From Trypanosoma brucei (Eukaryota), in NCBI GenBank assembly GCA_000002445.1, contig CP000070.1, forward strand, positions 64,001 to 128,000: a stretch of DNA of 64,000 nt. The letters are read 5' to 3'. Shown one piece after another: positions 1 to 11,753 of the stretch. The translations under genes and the position numbers were made by a program. Position 1 is the stretch's first letter. Every line of letters begins with the position of its first letter. Below the pieces are notes generated by a model. That model had not been told where the DNA came from, made no database searches, and was given only the letters and a program-made list of their open reading frames with translations.

Positions 1-1971
1 GAAAGTTATAAAATGCCAACATCCCAACACCTGTTGGTTGCGCACCGCAGCGCGAAATAGTAATTATACCAAAAATATGCTTACCTTTCCCCCCTTACGA
101 TTCCTAATTTAAGAAACAATAATTCCCCCCTCCTCCAACCTGAGTGTGCTATTAATCAAATAAAAACAACAATAACAATAACATGAACATGAACACAATG
201 GAGTTGGTGACTGGTTAAGTAACACTGAGCCGCGTTACAGCCAACTTCGAACATAACAATGTAACAAGAGGCGCCGTATGGAAAGTGCCGTTTGTTGTCT
301 GAAATTACAGCCTAAGGATTGGCGCAGCACACATTACTCATATGATAATCTCACTTTTGCAATTCAGATATTGGGAAATGCAACCTTCCGCAAACCCCAT
401 CATCACGCATTTCCATTTAAAAAGGGGTTTAAACCTGATAAAAAAAAAAAAAGAAAGCAAAGAGAAAATGTTATCCTCCTCCACCCCTGTTGTGTGGAGA
501 CTAAAAAAGCGGACGTTACTGAAAAGCCATTGTTAGTTTCGTGACCAAACACGCATGATTAGAGAACCATTTACGCACCATTACGAACCGTCTCGCTTCA
601 CCGTGCAACAATTAAAGCTGCAAAGATATGAAAAAAAAAAATGAGTTCCAGAATTGCATTGCCACGGCGACGCGATAATGCGATGAAAGATAAATGTCTA
701 TAAAAAAAATATATGACCAAATCGGTATTAAAAATTTTAAAAACAGCGTACTTCATTACATAACATAACACTGCACTACAAAGCAACCCACCACCATAAT
801 GGAGCGAATGCAAAAACACAATGCCCAGTGAAAAAAAAAACGCAAGTGGAAAGACATTCTACAACAGCGACCAAATCATGCATTAAACAAATTCCTTTCC
901 CTCCAATAAAACTCACATTCGGTTAATTACACACCTGGCGCCCACAAGTCAAAATGTGCAATGCGCTAAAGATGTTGTGACTGCAGGATTGTACATCTCA
1001 AATAACATTCTCACAAGTATTGACTCTTCCGGCAGGTCTTCCAACTGAAGGTACGAATAATCAAACGCCGTCAACTCGCAACATTTAAAAGAAAATTATT
1101 TCTCTCCTTTCTTTCAGGGACTTTGAAATTGGAGGTTCTGCACAAATCCTCAATCCTCCGGCAGGTGTAAGCTCCACTTCATTTCAGTGGTCAGATACAT
1201 AACTAAATGAAAGTAAAGTATAACTAAACGACAGAGAGATTAAAGCAAAGGGGAAAACAAGTAACGACACTTACAAACAAGAAACAAGATAGTAAAATAA
1301 GTAAGTGGAAAGAAACTTAGGGAATCTAGAAGAAACATGCAGATGAAATAAAAAGAATATGGAGTCCCAAAACACATCACAACGATAAAAACTGAATACC
1401 CCATGACAATAAAAATGGAAACAATTGTGTGGAAGAAAACACTGACAAAATAAATAAAAATAAAATAACAATATCACTATTTGAAAAAAAAAAAGAATCA
1501 AGGGCAAAACGAGTCAGATAAAATAGCAGATGGGTATAGCCGCTATTTGAACACTTTCACAATAAATCCATCAACAAACGATGGGTAAGATGCGGTGTCT
1601 CAACAATGCAGCGTCTGCACACAGAAATCTCCAGTGTCATGTGCCCACCCGAATGTTTAAAGACGCCACACCAATAGGATAGCATTTAAAAAACAATAAT
1701 AACAGAAAAGATAAATATGTGGGAGACGTATGGTTTAAAAAAATGAGTAAAAAGACTTTTTTGTAGCACTGGTGCGGTACGTAAAAATTTAGTATACCAT
1801 TGAATTAAATAAGAATATAATAATGAAACGACCAGCGAAGAAAGCATAGGGGTGAGAAACGCCGTAAGTGGCCCCTCCCGTTGCAGTAGCGCCCTGTAAA
1901 CACGTGTTTAGCTAACGCCTAACTTCGACCTGTCGACACGGTAAGAGGATTAGGGAAACAGTTGACAGCTT

Positions 1972-3120
1972 TTAAAAATGTGCGGCAGCACTGTGAGAAA
2001 GTGCTGCAAGAAGGATCAGTAATGTGTATCCTCCTATAGATTCTGCATAGCTGCCGTCATTACCAACTTCTGCTTCCTCACCCTCATCGTCACCCAATTC
2101 CTGCACATGATCATCGTCAGAAATTTCCACTTTTCCTTCAGGATCCTTCTTCGGTACTTCCTCAACTTCCGTTCTTTCCGTCTTTTCCTTGTCCTCTGGA
2201 ACCTCCACGTTTCCTTCAGGATCCTTCTTCGGTACTTCCTCAACTTCCGTTCTTTCCGTCTTTTCCTTGTCCTCTGGAACCTCCACGTTTCCTTCAGGAT
2301 CCTTCTTCGGTACTTCCTCAACTTCCGTTCTTTCCGTCTTTTCCTTGTCCTCTGGAACCTCCACGTTTCCCTCAAATTCCTCCCTCGAAATCTCTTGAAC
2401 ATCCGCTTTTTCCGTCTCTGCCGTCCTTTCGGCTTCCTCAGCTGCCTTGTGTGCGTTGCTTTCAGCTGCCCTTGCTGCAACTCTTGCTTCGCTGGCACGC
2501 CGCACAGCAGCCTCTAATTGATCATATTCCGCCCTGAGATCAGCCATACCATCCGTCAAGATTTTGCAGATATCGCCAGTGAAGAACTCACACCCAAATT
2601 CCACAGCCTTTTTCAGCACCCAGGAGTTAACTCCTCTATTTGGGAGACTGCAGCCTCTCGCAATTCGTCTTGCAGTACTGGCGGCACTATTGTCCTCTGC
2701 AACACTTTTCAGATAATCATCAACCGGAGCGGTCTTTCCGGCTGCGAGCAGTGGGGCACGGGCCGCGTATTGCTCCACATCCGACAGGGCCGTCTTGGCG
2801 GCATTCTCCGCGCTCTCTGCTTCCTTTAGGGCAGCGCGAGCGCGTCCGACGGCCTCCTCCACCTTGGGAGTACTCGAAAAGGCATCCTCCGCTCGTCTCA
2901 CGGCATCTTGGCAACCTTCTCTCGCTTTAGAGGCATCCGAGACATTCGCTGCCGCCAACGCTTTGAGGGCCTTCACACCGAAGGGTATTCCATGCAGCGC
3001 TTCTGAAAAGAGACATGCCGCACTTACATGGCTCACTGTGTTTTGAGACCCTTCCTCAATTATGGAGTCGGCGGTGACATACGTAAGTATAGCAAGCAAG
3101 CACAAAAAACGGGCAGTCAT
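1972..3120 (-). CDS. Ala/Glu-rich GPI-anchored surface protein, copy 1, subtype A, with 3 x 26-aa EVPEDKEKTERTEVEEVPKKDPEGNV repeats. BARP/GARP-like, tentative.
   Basis: 382-aa ORF. N-terminal signal peptide MTARFLCLLAILTYVTA|DS. Ala/Glu-rich helical middle. Acidic 78-bp repeats. C-terminus ...SYAESIGGYTLLILLAALSHSAAAHF is hydrophobic and GPI-signal-like. Confidence 0.75.
   Translation of the reverse strand: MTARFLCLLAILTYVTADSIIEEGSQNTVSHVSAACLFSEALHGIPFGVKALKALAAANVSDASKAREGCQDAVRRAEDAFSSTPKVEEAVGRARAALKEAESAENAAKTALSDVEQYAARAPLLAAGKTAPVDDYLKSVAEDNSAASTARRIARGCSLPNRGVNSWVLKKAVEFGCEFFTGDICKILTDGMADLRAEYDQLEAAVRRASEARVAARAAESNAHKAAEEAERTAETEKADVQEISREEFEGNVEVPEDKEKTERTEVEEVPKKDPEGNVEVPEDKEKTERTEVEEVPKKDPEGNVEVPEDKEKTERTEVEEVPKKDPEGKVEISDDDHVQELGDDEGEEAEVGNDGSYAESIGGYTLLILLAALSHSAAAHF
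2140..2380 (-). repeat. In-frame 78-bp tandem repeat (3 copies) inside surface gene copy 1. Copy 2 has 2 copies at about 5300-5460. Copy 5 has 1 copy at about 14840-14920. Copies 3 and 4 have none.
   Basis: Period counted directly: cttcttcggtacttcctcaacttccgttctttccgtcttttccttgtcctctggaacctccacgtttccttcaggatc is 78 nt. The protein sizes step by about 26 aa: 303, 330, 356 and 382. Confidence 0.85.
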
Positions 3121-3394
3121 GATTATCCCGAATTGCTGTAGTGGTAGTTGTTAAAATGAATGTTAAGTCTAAATGCAGGCAACAGTAGGAAAGAGTGGGT
3201 AAATGTTTGTATTAATAATTTCCCCCCTCGTGGAAAGCAGTTGTAACATGGGAGGAGGCATGGATGTTGTTCTTTTTGTGATTTTTAAAATTTTTTGTGT
3301 TCAATTTTCTGAGCATTGCTTTATTGGAAGAGATGACGGGACTTATTGCTTTTTCACAGTTGCCGTCGCTAACGGTAGTTGCGTTTCACTATGG

Positions 3395-4071
3395 TTATTC
3401 TTTCGACTGTCCCTGTTCAGCTATAAGTTCTCGAATGGCGATTGTGCTTCCAGATTTTATACTTGCAGTTTTTAATCGGGAGAGAACGCTTTCCAGTCGC
3501 TCGAAAGGATCATCACTAACTGCAGCCAGAATGCTTTTCAAATAACTCAAGTCGGTTACAAGTTGTTCTACTGCAAGGGCCGCAGCATCGTCGCTATTAA
3601 GTGGGAAACACATTGTAATGTTTTGTCAGGAAAGAACTGAAGAACGGCCTTTACAGCTTCCATCAGTCCATTCATAACTACTTGAAATCGATCATACTTC
3701 ATGATAGATTGCGAATCCTTTAAGAGGTCTTCCACGCGCTCTGCTTCTCGCCGTGCAAATGATTCCAGCACCTTAGGTTGCTCGAATATGTGTGCAAGCT
3801 CAGTTTGAGTATAAAAATTAATTTGCTCTGCAATATCGTCCCGCCTACACAAACTGTTTTTAACGTTTCTTCCGTCCTCAGCACCAACACATACCTTCGG
3901 AGGAGTAGAATCAATTTTAATACTAAGCTGCCTTACTGCCTCAAAGCAGGAAATAAGCTCAACATTCCTCTCCACACACTGCAAAATGGGAGTTAAGCAA
4001 GTGGAAAGACATTCTACAACAGCGATCAAATCATGCATTAAACAAACTCCTTTCCCTCCAATAAAACTCAC
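3395..4071 (-). pseudogene. COG7-like gene 3' fragment, 5'-truncated and carrying a ~620-bp internal deletion (unit 1).
   Basis: ORFs 3568..4071 and 3395..3613 match the C-terminal third of the 784-aa protein at 15933..18287. The deletion junction at about 3613-3620 (cacattgtaatgttttgtcagg) shifts the frame. Confidence 0.8.
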
Positions 4072-5131
4072 ATTCGGTTAATTACACACCTGGCGCCCAC
4101 AAGTCAAAATGTGCAATGCGCTAAAGATGTTGTGACTGCAGGATTGTACATCTCAAATAATATTCTCACAAGTATTGACTCTTCCGGCAGGTCTTCCAAC
4201 TGAAGGTACGAATAATCAAACGCCGTCAACTCGCAACATTTAAAGGAAAATTATTTCTCTCCTTTCCTTCAGAGACTTTGAAATTGGAGGTTCTGCACAA
4301 ATCCTCAATCCTCCGGCAGGTGTAAGCTCCACTTCATTTCAGTGGTCAGATACATAACTAAATGAAAGTAAAGTATAACTAAACGACAGAGAGATTAAAG
4401 CAAAGGGGAAAACAAGCAACGACACTTACAAACAAGAAACAAGATAGTAAAATAAGTAAGTGGAAAGAAACTTAGGGAATCTAGAAGAAACATGCAGATG
4501 AAATAAAAAGAATATGGAGTCCCAAAACACATCGCAACGATAAAAACTGAATACCCCATGACAATAAAAATGGAAACAATTGTGTGGAGGGAAGGGTTAT
4601 AAAAGAAAAAAAATAATAATAATGTTATCGTCTTTTTTTATCAAAAAAAATAAATAAATAAAAATGAAGTGAAGCAGATAAAATAGCAGATGGGTATAGC
4701 CGCTATTTGAACACTTTCACAATAAATCCATCAACAAACGATGGGTAAGATGCGGTGTCTCGACAATGCAGCGTCTGCACACAGAAATCTACAGTGTCAT
4801 GCGCCCACCCGAATGTTTAAAGACGCCACACCAATAGGATAGCATTTAAAAAACAATAATAACAGAAAAGATAAATATGTGGGAGACGTATGGTTCAAAA
4901 AAATGAGTAAAAAGACTTTTTTGTAGCACTGGTGCGGTACGTAAAAATTTAGTATACCATTGAATTAAATAAGAATATAATAATGAAACGACCAGCGAAG
5001 AAAGCATAGGGGTGAGAAACGCCGTAAGTGGCCCCTCCCGTTGCAGTAGCGCCCTGTAAACACGTGTTTAGCTAACGCCTAACTTCGACCTGTCGACACG
5101 GTAAGAGGATTAGGGAAACAGTTGACAGCTT

Positions 5132-6202
5132 TTAAAAATGTGCGGCAGCACTGTGAAAAAGTGCTGCAAGAAGGATCAGTAATGTGTATCCTCCTATAGA
5201 TTCTGCATAGCTGCCGTCATTACCAACTTCTGCTTCCTCACCCTCATCGTCACCCAATTCCTGCACATGATCATCGTCAGAAATTTCCACTTTTCCCTCA
5301 GGATCCTTCTTCGGTACTTCCTCAACTTCCGTTCTTTCCGTCTTTTCCTTGTCCTCTGGAACCTCCACGTTTCCTTCAGGATCCTTCTTCGGCACTTCCT
5401 CAACTTCCGTTCTTCCCGTCTTTTCCTTGTCCTCTGGAACCTCCACGTTTCCCTCAAATTCCTCCCTCGAAATCTCTTGAACATCCGCTTCTTCCGTCTC
5501 TGCCGTCCTTTCGGCTTCCTCAGCTGCCTTGCGTGCGTTGCTTTCAGCTGCCCTTGCTGCAACTCTTGCTTCGCCGGCACGCCGCACAGCAGCCTCTAAT
5601 TGATCATATTCCGCCCTGAGATCAACCATACGCGTCCTCGCGATCCTACATATTTCACCCATGAAAATAGCACATGCGGATTCCACAGCCTGTGTCAGCA
5701 CCCAGGAGTTAACTCCTCTATTTGGGAGACTGCAGCCTCTCGCAATTCGTCTTGCAGTACTGGCGGCACTATTGTCCTCTGCAACACTTTTCAGATAATC
5801 ATCAATCGGAGCGGTCTTTCCGGCTGCGAGCAGTGGGGCACGGGCCGCGTATTGCTCCACATCCGACAGGGCCGTCTTGGCGGCATTCTCCGCGCTCTCT
5901 GCTTCCTTTAGGGCAGCGCGAGCGCGTCCGACGGCCTCCTCCGCTTTGGGATTATTCCAAGAGGCATCCTCCGCTCGTCTCACGGCATCTTGGCAACCTT
6001 CTCTCGCTTTAGAGGCATCCGAGACATTCGCTGCCGCCAACGCTTTGAGGGCCTTCACACCGAAGGGTATTCCATGCAGCGCTTCTGAAAAGAGACATGC
6101 CGCACTTACATGACTCACTGTGTTTTGAGACCCTTCCTCAATTATGGAGTCGGCGGTGACATACGTAAGTATAGCAAGCAAGCACAAAAAACGGGCAGTC
6201 AT
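5132..6202 (-). CDS. Ala/Glu-rich GPI-anchored surface protein, copy 2, subtype A, with 2 repeats.
   Basis: 356-aa ORF, more than 90% identical to copy 1. Same signal peptide and GPI-like tail. Confidence 0.75.
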   Translation of the reverse strand: MTARFLCLLAILTYVTADSIIEEGSQNTVSHVSAACLFSEALHGIPFGVKALKALAAANVSDASKAREGCQDAVRRAEDASWNNPKAEEAVGRARAALKEAESAENAAKTALSDVEQYAARAPLLAAGKTAPIDDYLKSVAEDNSAASTARRIARGCSLPNRGVNSWVLTQAVESACAIFMGEICRIARTRMVDLRAEYDQLEAAVRRAGEARVAARAAESNARKAAEEAERTAETEEADVQEISREEFEGNVEVPEDKEKTGRTEVEEVPKKDPEGNVEVPEDKEKTERTEVEEVPKKDPEGKVEISDDDHVQELGDDEGEEAEVGNDGSYAESIGGYTLLILLAALFHSAAAHF

Positions 6203-6476
6203 GATTATCCCGAGTTGCTGTAGTGGTAGTTGTTAAAATGAATGTTAAGTCTAAATGCAGGCAACAGTAGGAAAGAGTGGGTAAATGTTTGTATTAATAA
6301 TTTCCCCCCTCGTGGAAAGCAGTTGTAACATGGGAGGAGGCATGGATGTTGTTCTTTTTGTGATTTTTAAAATTTTTTGTGTTAAATTTTCTGAGCATTG
6401 CTTTATTGGAAGAGATGACGGGACTTATTGCTTTTTCACAGTTGCCGTCGCTAACGGTAGTTGCGTTTCACTATGG

Positions 6477-7775
6477 TTATTCTTTCGACTGTCCCTGTTC
6501 AGCTATAAGTTCTCGAATGGCGATTGTGCTTCCAGATTTTATACTTGCAGTTTTTAATCGGGAGAGAACGCTTTCCAGTCGCTCGAAAGGATCATCACTA
6601 ACTGCAGCCAGAATGCTTTTCAAATAACTCAAGTCGGTTACAAGTTGTTCTACTGCAAGGGCCGCAGCATCGTCGCTATTAAGTGGGAAACACATTATAA
6701 TGTTGGCCACTTTAGACTCAATAAAGTCCGATACCGCCGTGCGCACAATATCATCTAACCAATATTCCGTTACTTCTTCGAGTAACTCTTCAATGCCGTC
6801 GAACCGTCCCTCGCTGCCACCCCGTAATGATTCGAGTGCTAATGGTATTTCCACAATGGCTTCACCAAAGCCGCGCACCATTTCACTAGGCGCAAGATGT
6901 AATGGCGTGTGTAGCACAGAATTGGAAATCACAGCGCTTCCTCCGTTACTCGACTGTAACCTCCAGAGTGGTTGCGACTCATAACCGTCAGCTGTGGCAA
7001 TAACGGGAGCAATGACAGTTTGTTTTATAGCCTGCTGGCATTCAGCAGCACAAATCACCAGTACATTGTTTAGTGGCCGCCACAGCTGTTCACTTAGTTG
7101 ACTATTGATAGACTCAACCTCAGTTGGACGTAGTCGGCGCACCTCCGCAGATTTGACATAGTCTTCGCACATTTTCTGCGTAGACAGAAGCAATTGTTGA
7201 ACAATTTTGCGTAACGCTGAAAGGCGCTCTAACAACTCCGTCTGGTGCGTGTGAGGTGCGGGTTGAAAAAATGTCAGCGACTGGACGAGTGCCACCTTCC
7301 ATCGGCTCACACAGATCGGTAATGTTTTGTCAGGAAAGAACTGAAGAACGGCCTTTACAGCTTCCATCAGTCCATTCATAACTACTTGAAATCGATCATA
7401 CTTCATGATAGATTGCGAATCCTTTAAGAGGTCTTCCACGCGCTCTGCTTCTCGCCGTGCAAATGATTCCAGCACCTTAGGTTGCTCGAATATGTGTGCA
7501 AGCTCAGTTTGAGTATAAAAATTAATTTGCTCTGCAATATCGTCCCGCCTACACAAACTGTTTTTAACGTTTCTTCCGTCCTCAGCACCAACACATACCT
7601 TCGGAGGAGTAGAATCAATTTTAATACTAAGCTGCCTTACTGCCTCAAAGCAGGAAATAAGCTCAACATTCCTCTCCACACACTGCAAAATGGGAGTTAA
7701 GCAAGTGGAAAGACATTCTACAACAGCGACCAAATCATGCATTAAACAAATTCCTTTCCCTCCAATAAAACTCAC
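6477..7775 (-). pseudogene. COG7-like gene 3' fragment, 5'-truncated but otherwise the intact C-terminal 432 codons (unit 2).
   Basis: The 432-aa ORF is near-identical to residues ~353-784 of the full gene. It has no N-terminal half and begins at the array junction (~7723). Confidence 0.8.
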
Positions 7776-8834
7776 ATTCGGTTAATTACACACCTGGCGC
7801 CCACAAGTCAAAATGTGCAATGCGCTAAAGATGTTGTGACTGCAGGATTGTACATCTCAAATAATATTCTCACAAGTATTGACTCTTCCGGCAGGTTTTC
7901 CAACTGAAGGTACGAATAATCAAACGCCGTCAACTCGCAACATTTAAAAGAAAATTATTTCTCTCCTTTCTTTCAGGGACTTTGAAATTGGAGGTTCTGC
8001 ACAAATCCTCAATCCTCCGGCAGGTGTAAGCTCCACTTCATTTCAGTGGTCAGATACATAACTAAATGAAAGTAAAGTATAACTAAACGACAGAGAGATT
8101 AAAGCAAAGGGGAAAACAAGCAACGACACTTACAAACAAGAAACAAGATAGTAAAATAAGTAAGTGGAAAGAAACTTAGGGAATCTAGAAGAAACATGCA
8201 GATGAAATAAAAAGAATATGGAGTCCCAAAACACATCGCAACGATAAAAACTGAATACCCCATGACAATAAAAATGGAAACAATTGTGTGGAGGGAAGGG
8301 TTATAAAAGAAAAAAAATAATAATAATGTTATCGTCTTTTTTTATCAAAAAAAATAAATAAATAAAAATGAAGTGAAGCAGATAAAATAGCAGATGGGTA
8401 TAGCCGCTATTTGAACACTTTCACAATAAATCCATCAACAAACGATGGGTAAGATGCGGTGTCTCAACAATGCAGCGTCTGCACACAGAAATCTCCAGTG
8501 TCATGTGCCCACCCGAATGTTTAAAGACGCCACACCAATAGGATAGCATTTAAAAAACAATAATAACAGAAAAGATAAATATGTGGGAGACGTATGGTTT
8601 AAAAAAATGAGTAAAAAGACTTTTTTGTAGCACTGGTGCGGTACGTAAAAATTTAGTATACCATTGAATTAAATAAGAATATAATAATGAAACGACCAGC
8701 GAAGAAAGCATAGGGGTGAGAAACGCCGTAAGTGGCCCCTCCCGTTGCAGTAGCGCCCTGTAACACGTGTTTAGCTAACGCCTAACTTCGACCTGTCGAC
8801 ACGGTAAGAGGATTAGGGAAACAGTTGACAGCTT

Positions 8835-9746
8835 TTAAAAATGTGCGGCAGCACTGTGAAAAAGTGCTGCAAGAAGGATCAGTAATGTGTATCCTCCTAT
8901 AGATTCTGCATAGCTGCCGTCATTACCAACTTCTGCTTCCTCACCCTCATCGTCACCCAATTCCTGCACATGATCATCGTCAGAAATTTCCACTTTTCCT
9001 TCAGGATCCTTCTTCGGCACTTCCTTAACTTTCGCTTTTTCCGTCTCTGCCGTCCTTTCGGCTTCCTCAGCTGCCTTGTGTGCGTTGCTTTCAGCTGCCC
9101 TTGCTGCAACTCTTGCTTCGCTGGCACGCCGCACAGCAGCCTCTAATTGATCATATTCCGCCCTGAGATCAGCCATACGCGCCCTCGCAGTGTTGCAGAT
9201 AACTGTCATGAAAACGGCACAACCGGATTCCACAGCCTGTGTCAGTACCCAGGAACTAACTTCAAGTGGGGCATTGCAGTCTCTCGCAATTCGTCTTGCA
9301 GTACTGGCGGCACTATTGTCCTCTGCAACACTTTTCAGATAATCATCAACCAGAGCTACATTGTTGTTCGCGAGCGCTGAGGCATTGGCAGCGTATTGCT
9401 CCACATCCGACAGGGCCGTCTTGGCGGCATTCTCCGCGCTCTCTGCTTCCTTTAGGGCAGCGCGAGCGCGTCCGACGGCCTCCTCCACCTTGGGAGTACT
9501 CGAAAAGGCATCCTCCGCTCGTCTCACGGCATCTTGGCAACCTTCTCTCGCTTTAGAGGCATCCGAGACATTCGCTGCCGCCGACGTCTTGAACACTTTG
9601 ACACTGTTGGGTACTCCATGCAGCGCTTCCGACATGAGACATGCCGCACTTACATGACTCACTGTGTCTTGAAACCCTTCCCCACCTTTGGGACCGGTGG
9701 TGACATACATAAGTATAGCAAGCAAGCACAAAAAACGGGCAGTCAT
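8835..9746 (-). CDS. Ala/Glu-rich GPI-anchored surface protein, copy 3, subtype B, no 78-bp repeat.
   Basis: 303-aa ORF. The N-terminal domain is divergent (TGPKGGEGFQDTV..., GVPNSVKVFKTS, ANASALANNNVALV). Signal peptide and C-terminal half match subtype A. Confidence 0.75.
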   Translation of the reverse strand: MTARFLCLLAILMYVTTGPKGGEGFQDTVSHVSAACLMSEALHGVPNSVKVFKTSAAANVSDASKAREGCQDAVRRAEDAFSSTPKVEEAVGRARAALKEAESAENAAKTALSDVEQYAANASALANNNVALVDDYLKSVAEDNSAASTARRIARDCNAPLEVSSWVLTQAVESGCAVFMTVICNTARARMADLRAEYDQLEAAVRRASEARVAARAAESNAHKAAEEAERTAETEKAKVKEVPKKDPEGKVEISDDDHVQELGDDEGEEAEVGNDGSYAESIGGYTLLILLAALFHSAAAHF

Positions 9747-10020
9747 GATTATCCCGAATTGCTGTAGTGGTAGTTGTTAAAATGAATGTTAAGTCTAAAT
9801 GCAGGCAACAGTAGGAAAGAGTGGGTAAATGTTTGTATTAATAATTTCCCCCCTCGTGGAAAGCAGTTGTAACATGGGAGGAGGCATGGATGTTGTTCTT
9901 TTTGTGATTTTTAAAATTTTTTGTGTTCAATTTTCTGAGCATTGCTTTATTGGAAGAGATGACGGGACTTATTGCTTTTTCACAGTTGCCGTCGCTAACG
10001 GTAGTTGCGTTTCACTATGG

Positions 10021-10693
10021 TTATTCTTTCGACTGTCCCTGTTCAGCTATAAGTTCTCGAATGGCGATTGTGCTTCCAGATTTTATACTTGCACTTTTTA
10101 ATCGGGAGAGAACGCTTTCCAGTCGCTCGAAAGGATCATCACTAACTGCAGCCAGAATGCTTTTCAAATAACTCAAGTCGGTTACAAAATGACAGCGACT
10201 GGACGAGTGCCACCTTCCATCGGCTCACACAGATCGGTAATGTTTTGTCAGGAAAGAACTGAAGAACGGCCTTTACAGCTTCCATCAGTCCATTCATAAC
10301 TACTTGAAATCGATCATACTTCATGATAGATTGCGAATCCTTTAAGAGGTCTTCCACGCGCTCTGCTTCTCGCCGTGCAAATGATTTCAGCACCTTAGGT
10401 TGCTCGAATATGTGTGCAAGCTCAGTTTGAGTATAAAAATTAATTTGCTCTGCAATATCGTCCCGCCTACACAAACTGTTTTTAACGTTTCTTCCGTCCT
10501 CAGCACCAACACATACCTTCGGAGGAGTAGAATCAATTTTAATACTAAGCTGCCTTACTGCCTCAAAGCAGGAAATAAGCTCAACATTCCTCTCCACACA
10601 CTGCAAAATGGGAGTTAAGCAAGTGGAAAGACATTCTACAACAGCGACCAAATCATGCATTAAACAAATTCCTTTCCCTCCAATAAAACTCAC
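10021..10693 (-). pseudogene. COG7-like 3' fragment, 5'-truncated with a ~610-bp internal deletion (unit 3).
   Basis: ORF 10142..10693 ends in the novel tail ...SLSFCNRLELFEKHSGCS. The deletion junction near 10188 is ggttacaa|aatgacagcg. The unit-2 copy is continuous across this point. Confidence 0.75.
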
Positions 10694-11753
10694 ATTCGGT
10701 TAATTACACACCTGGCGCCCACAAGTCAAAATGTGCAATGCGCTAAAGATGTTGTGACTGCAGGATTGTACATCTCAAATAATATTCTCACAAGTATTGA
10801 CTCTTCCGGCAGGTCTTCCAACTGAAGGTACGAATAATCAAACGCCGTCAACTCGCAACATTTAAAAGAAAATTATTTCTCTCCTTTCTTTCAGGGACTT
10901 TGAAATTGGAGGTTCTGCACAAATCCTCAATCCTCCGGCAGGTGTAAGCTCCACTTCATTTCAGTGGTCAGATACATAACTAAATGAAAGTAAAGTATAA
11001 CTAAACGACAGAGAGATTAAAGCAAAGGGGAAAACAAGCAACGACACTTACAAACAAGAAACAAGATAGTAAAATAAGTAAGTGGAAAGAAACTTAGGGA
11101 ATCTAGAAGAAACATGCAGATGAAATAAAAAGAATATGGAGTCCCAAAACACATCGCAACGATAAAAACTGAATACCCCATGACAATAAAAATGGAAACA
11201 ATTGTGTGGAGGGAAGGGTTATAAAAGAAAAAAAATAATAATAATGTTATCGTCTTTTTTTATCAAAAAAAATAAATAAATAAAAATGAAGTGAAGCAGA
11301 TAAAATAGCAGATGGGTATAGCCGCTATTTGAACACTTTCACAATAAATCCATCAACAAACGATGGGTAAGATGCGGTGTCTCAACAATGCAGCGTCTGC
11401 ACACAGAAATCTCCAGTGTCATGTGCCCACCCGAATGTTTAAAGACGCCACACCAATAGGATAGCATTTAAAAAACAATAATAACAGAAAAGATAAATAT
11501 GTGGGAGACGTATGGTTTAAAAAAATGAGTAAAAAGACTTTTTTGTAGCACTGGTGCGGTACGTAAAAATTTAGTATACCATTGAATTAAATAAGAATAT
11601 AATAATGAAACGACCAGCGAAGAAAGCATAGGGGTGAGAAACGCCGTAAGTGGCCCCTCCCGTTGCAGTAGCGCCCTGTAAACACGTGTTTAGCTAACGC
11701 CTAACTTCGACCTGTCGACACGGTAAGAGGATTAGGGAAACAGTTGACAGCTT

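Noticed and set aside
278-544. Small ORFs in the unique left flank.
   Set aside because: They are short, Lys-rich and low-complexity. This is probably intergenic or UTR sequence downstream of the array.
2034-2498. Arg/Lys-rich ORFs (e.g. ...RKRRKERKLRKYRRRILKETWRFQRT...) and the MIIVRNFHFS... ORFs overlapping the surface genes.
   Set aside because: They are alternative-frame or antisense translations of the 78-bp acidic repeat. Their periodicity simply mirrors the real coding frame.
3203-3545. Plus-strand ORFs recurring in every array unit (3203..3475, 6285..6557, 9829..10101, 12748..13020, 15741..16013 and their neighbours).
   Set aside because: They are antisense to the COG7-like C-terminal coding region and recur only because the unit is duplicated. 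They have no signal or domain features and are Cys/Phe-rich low-complexity translations.
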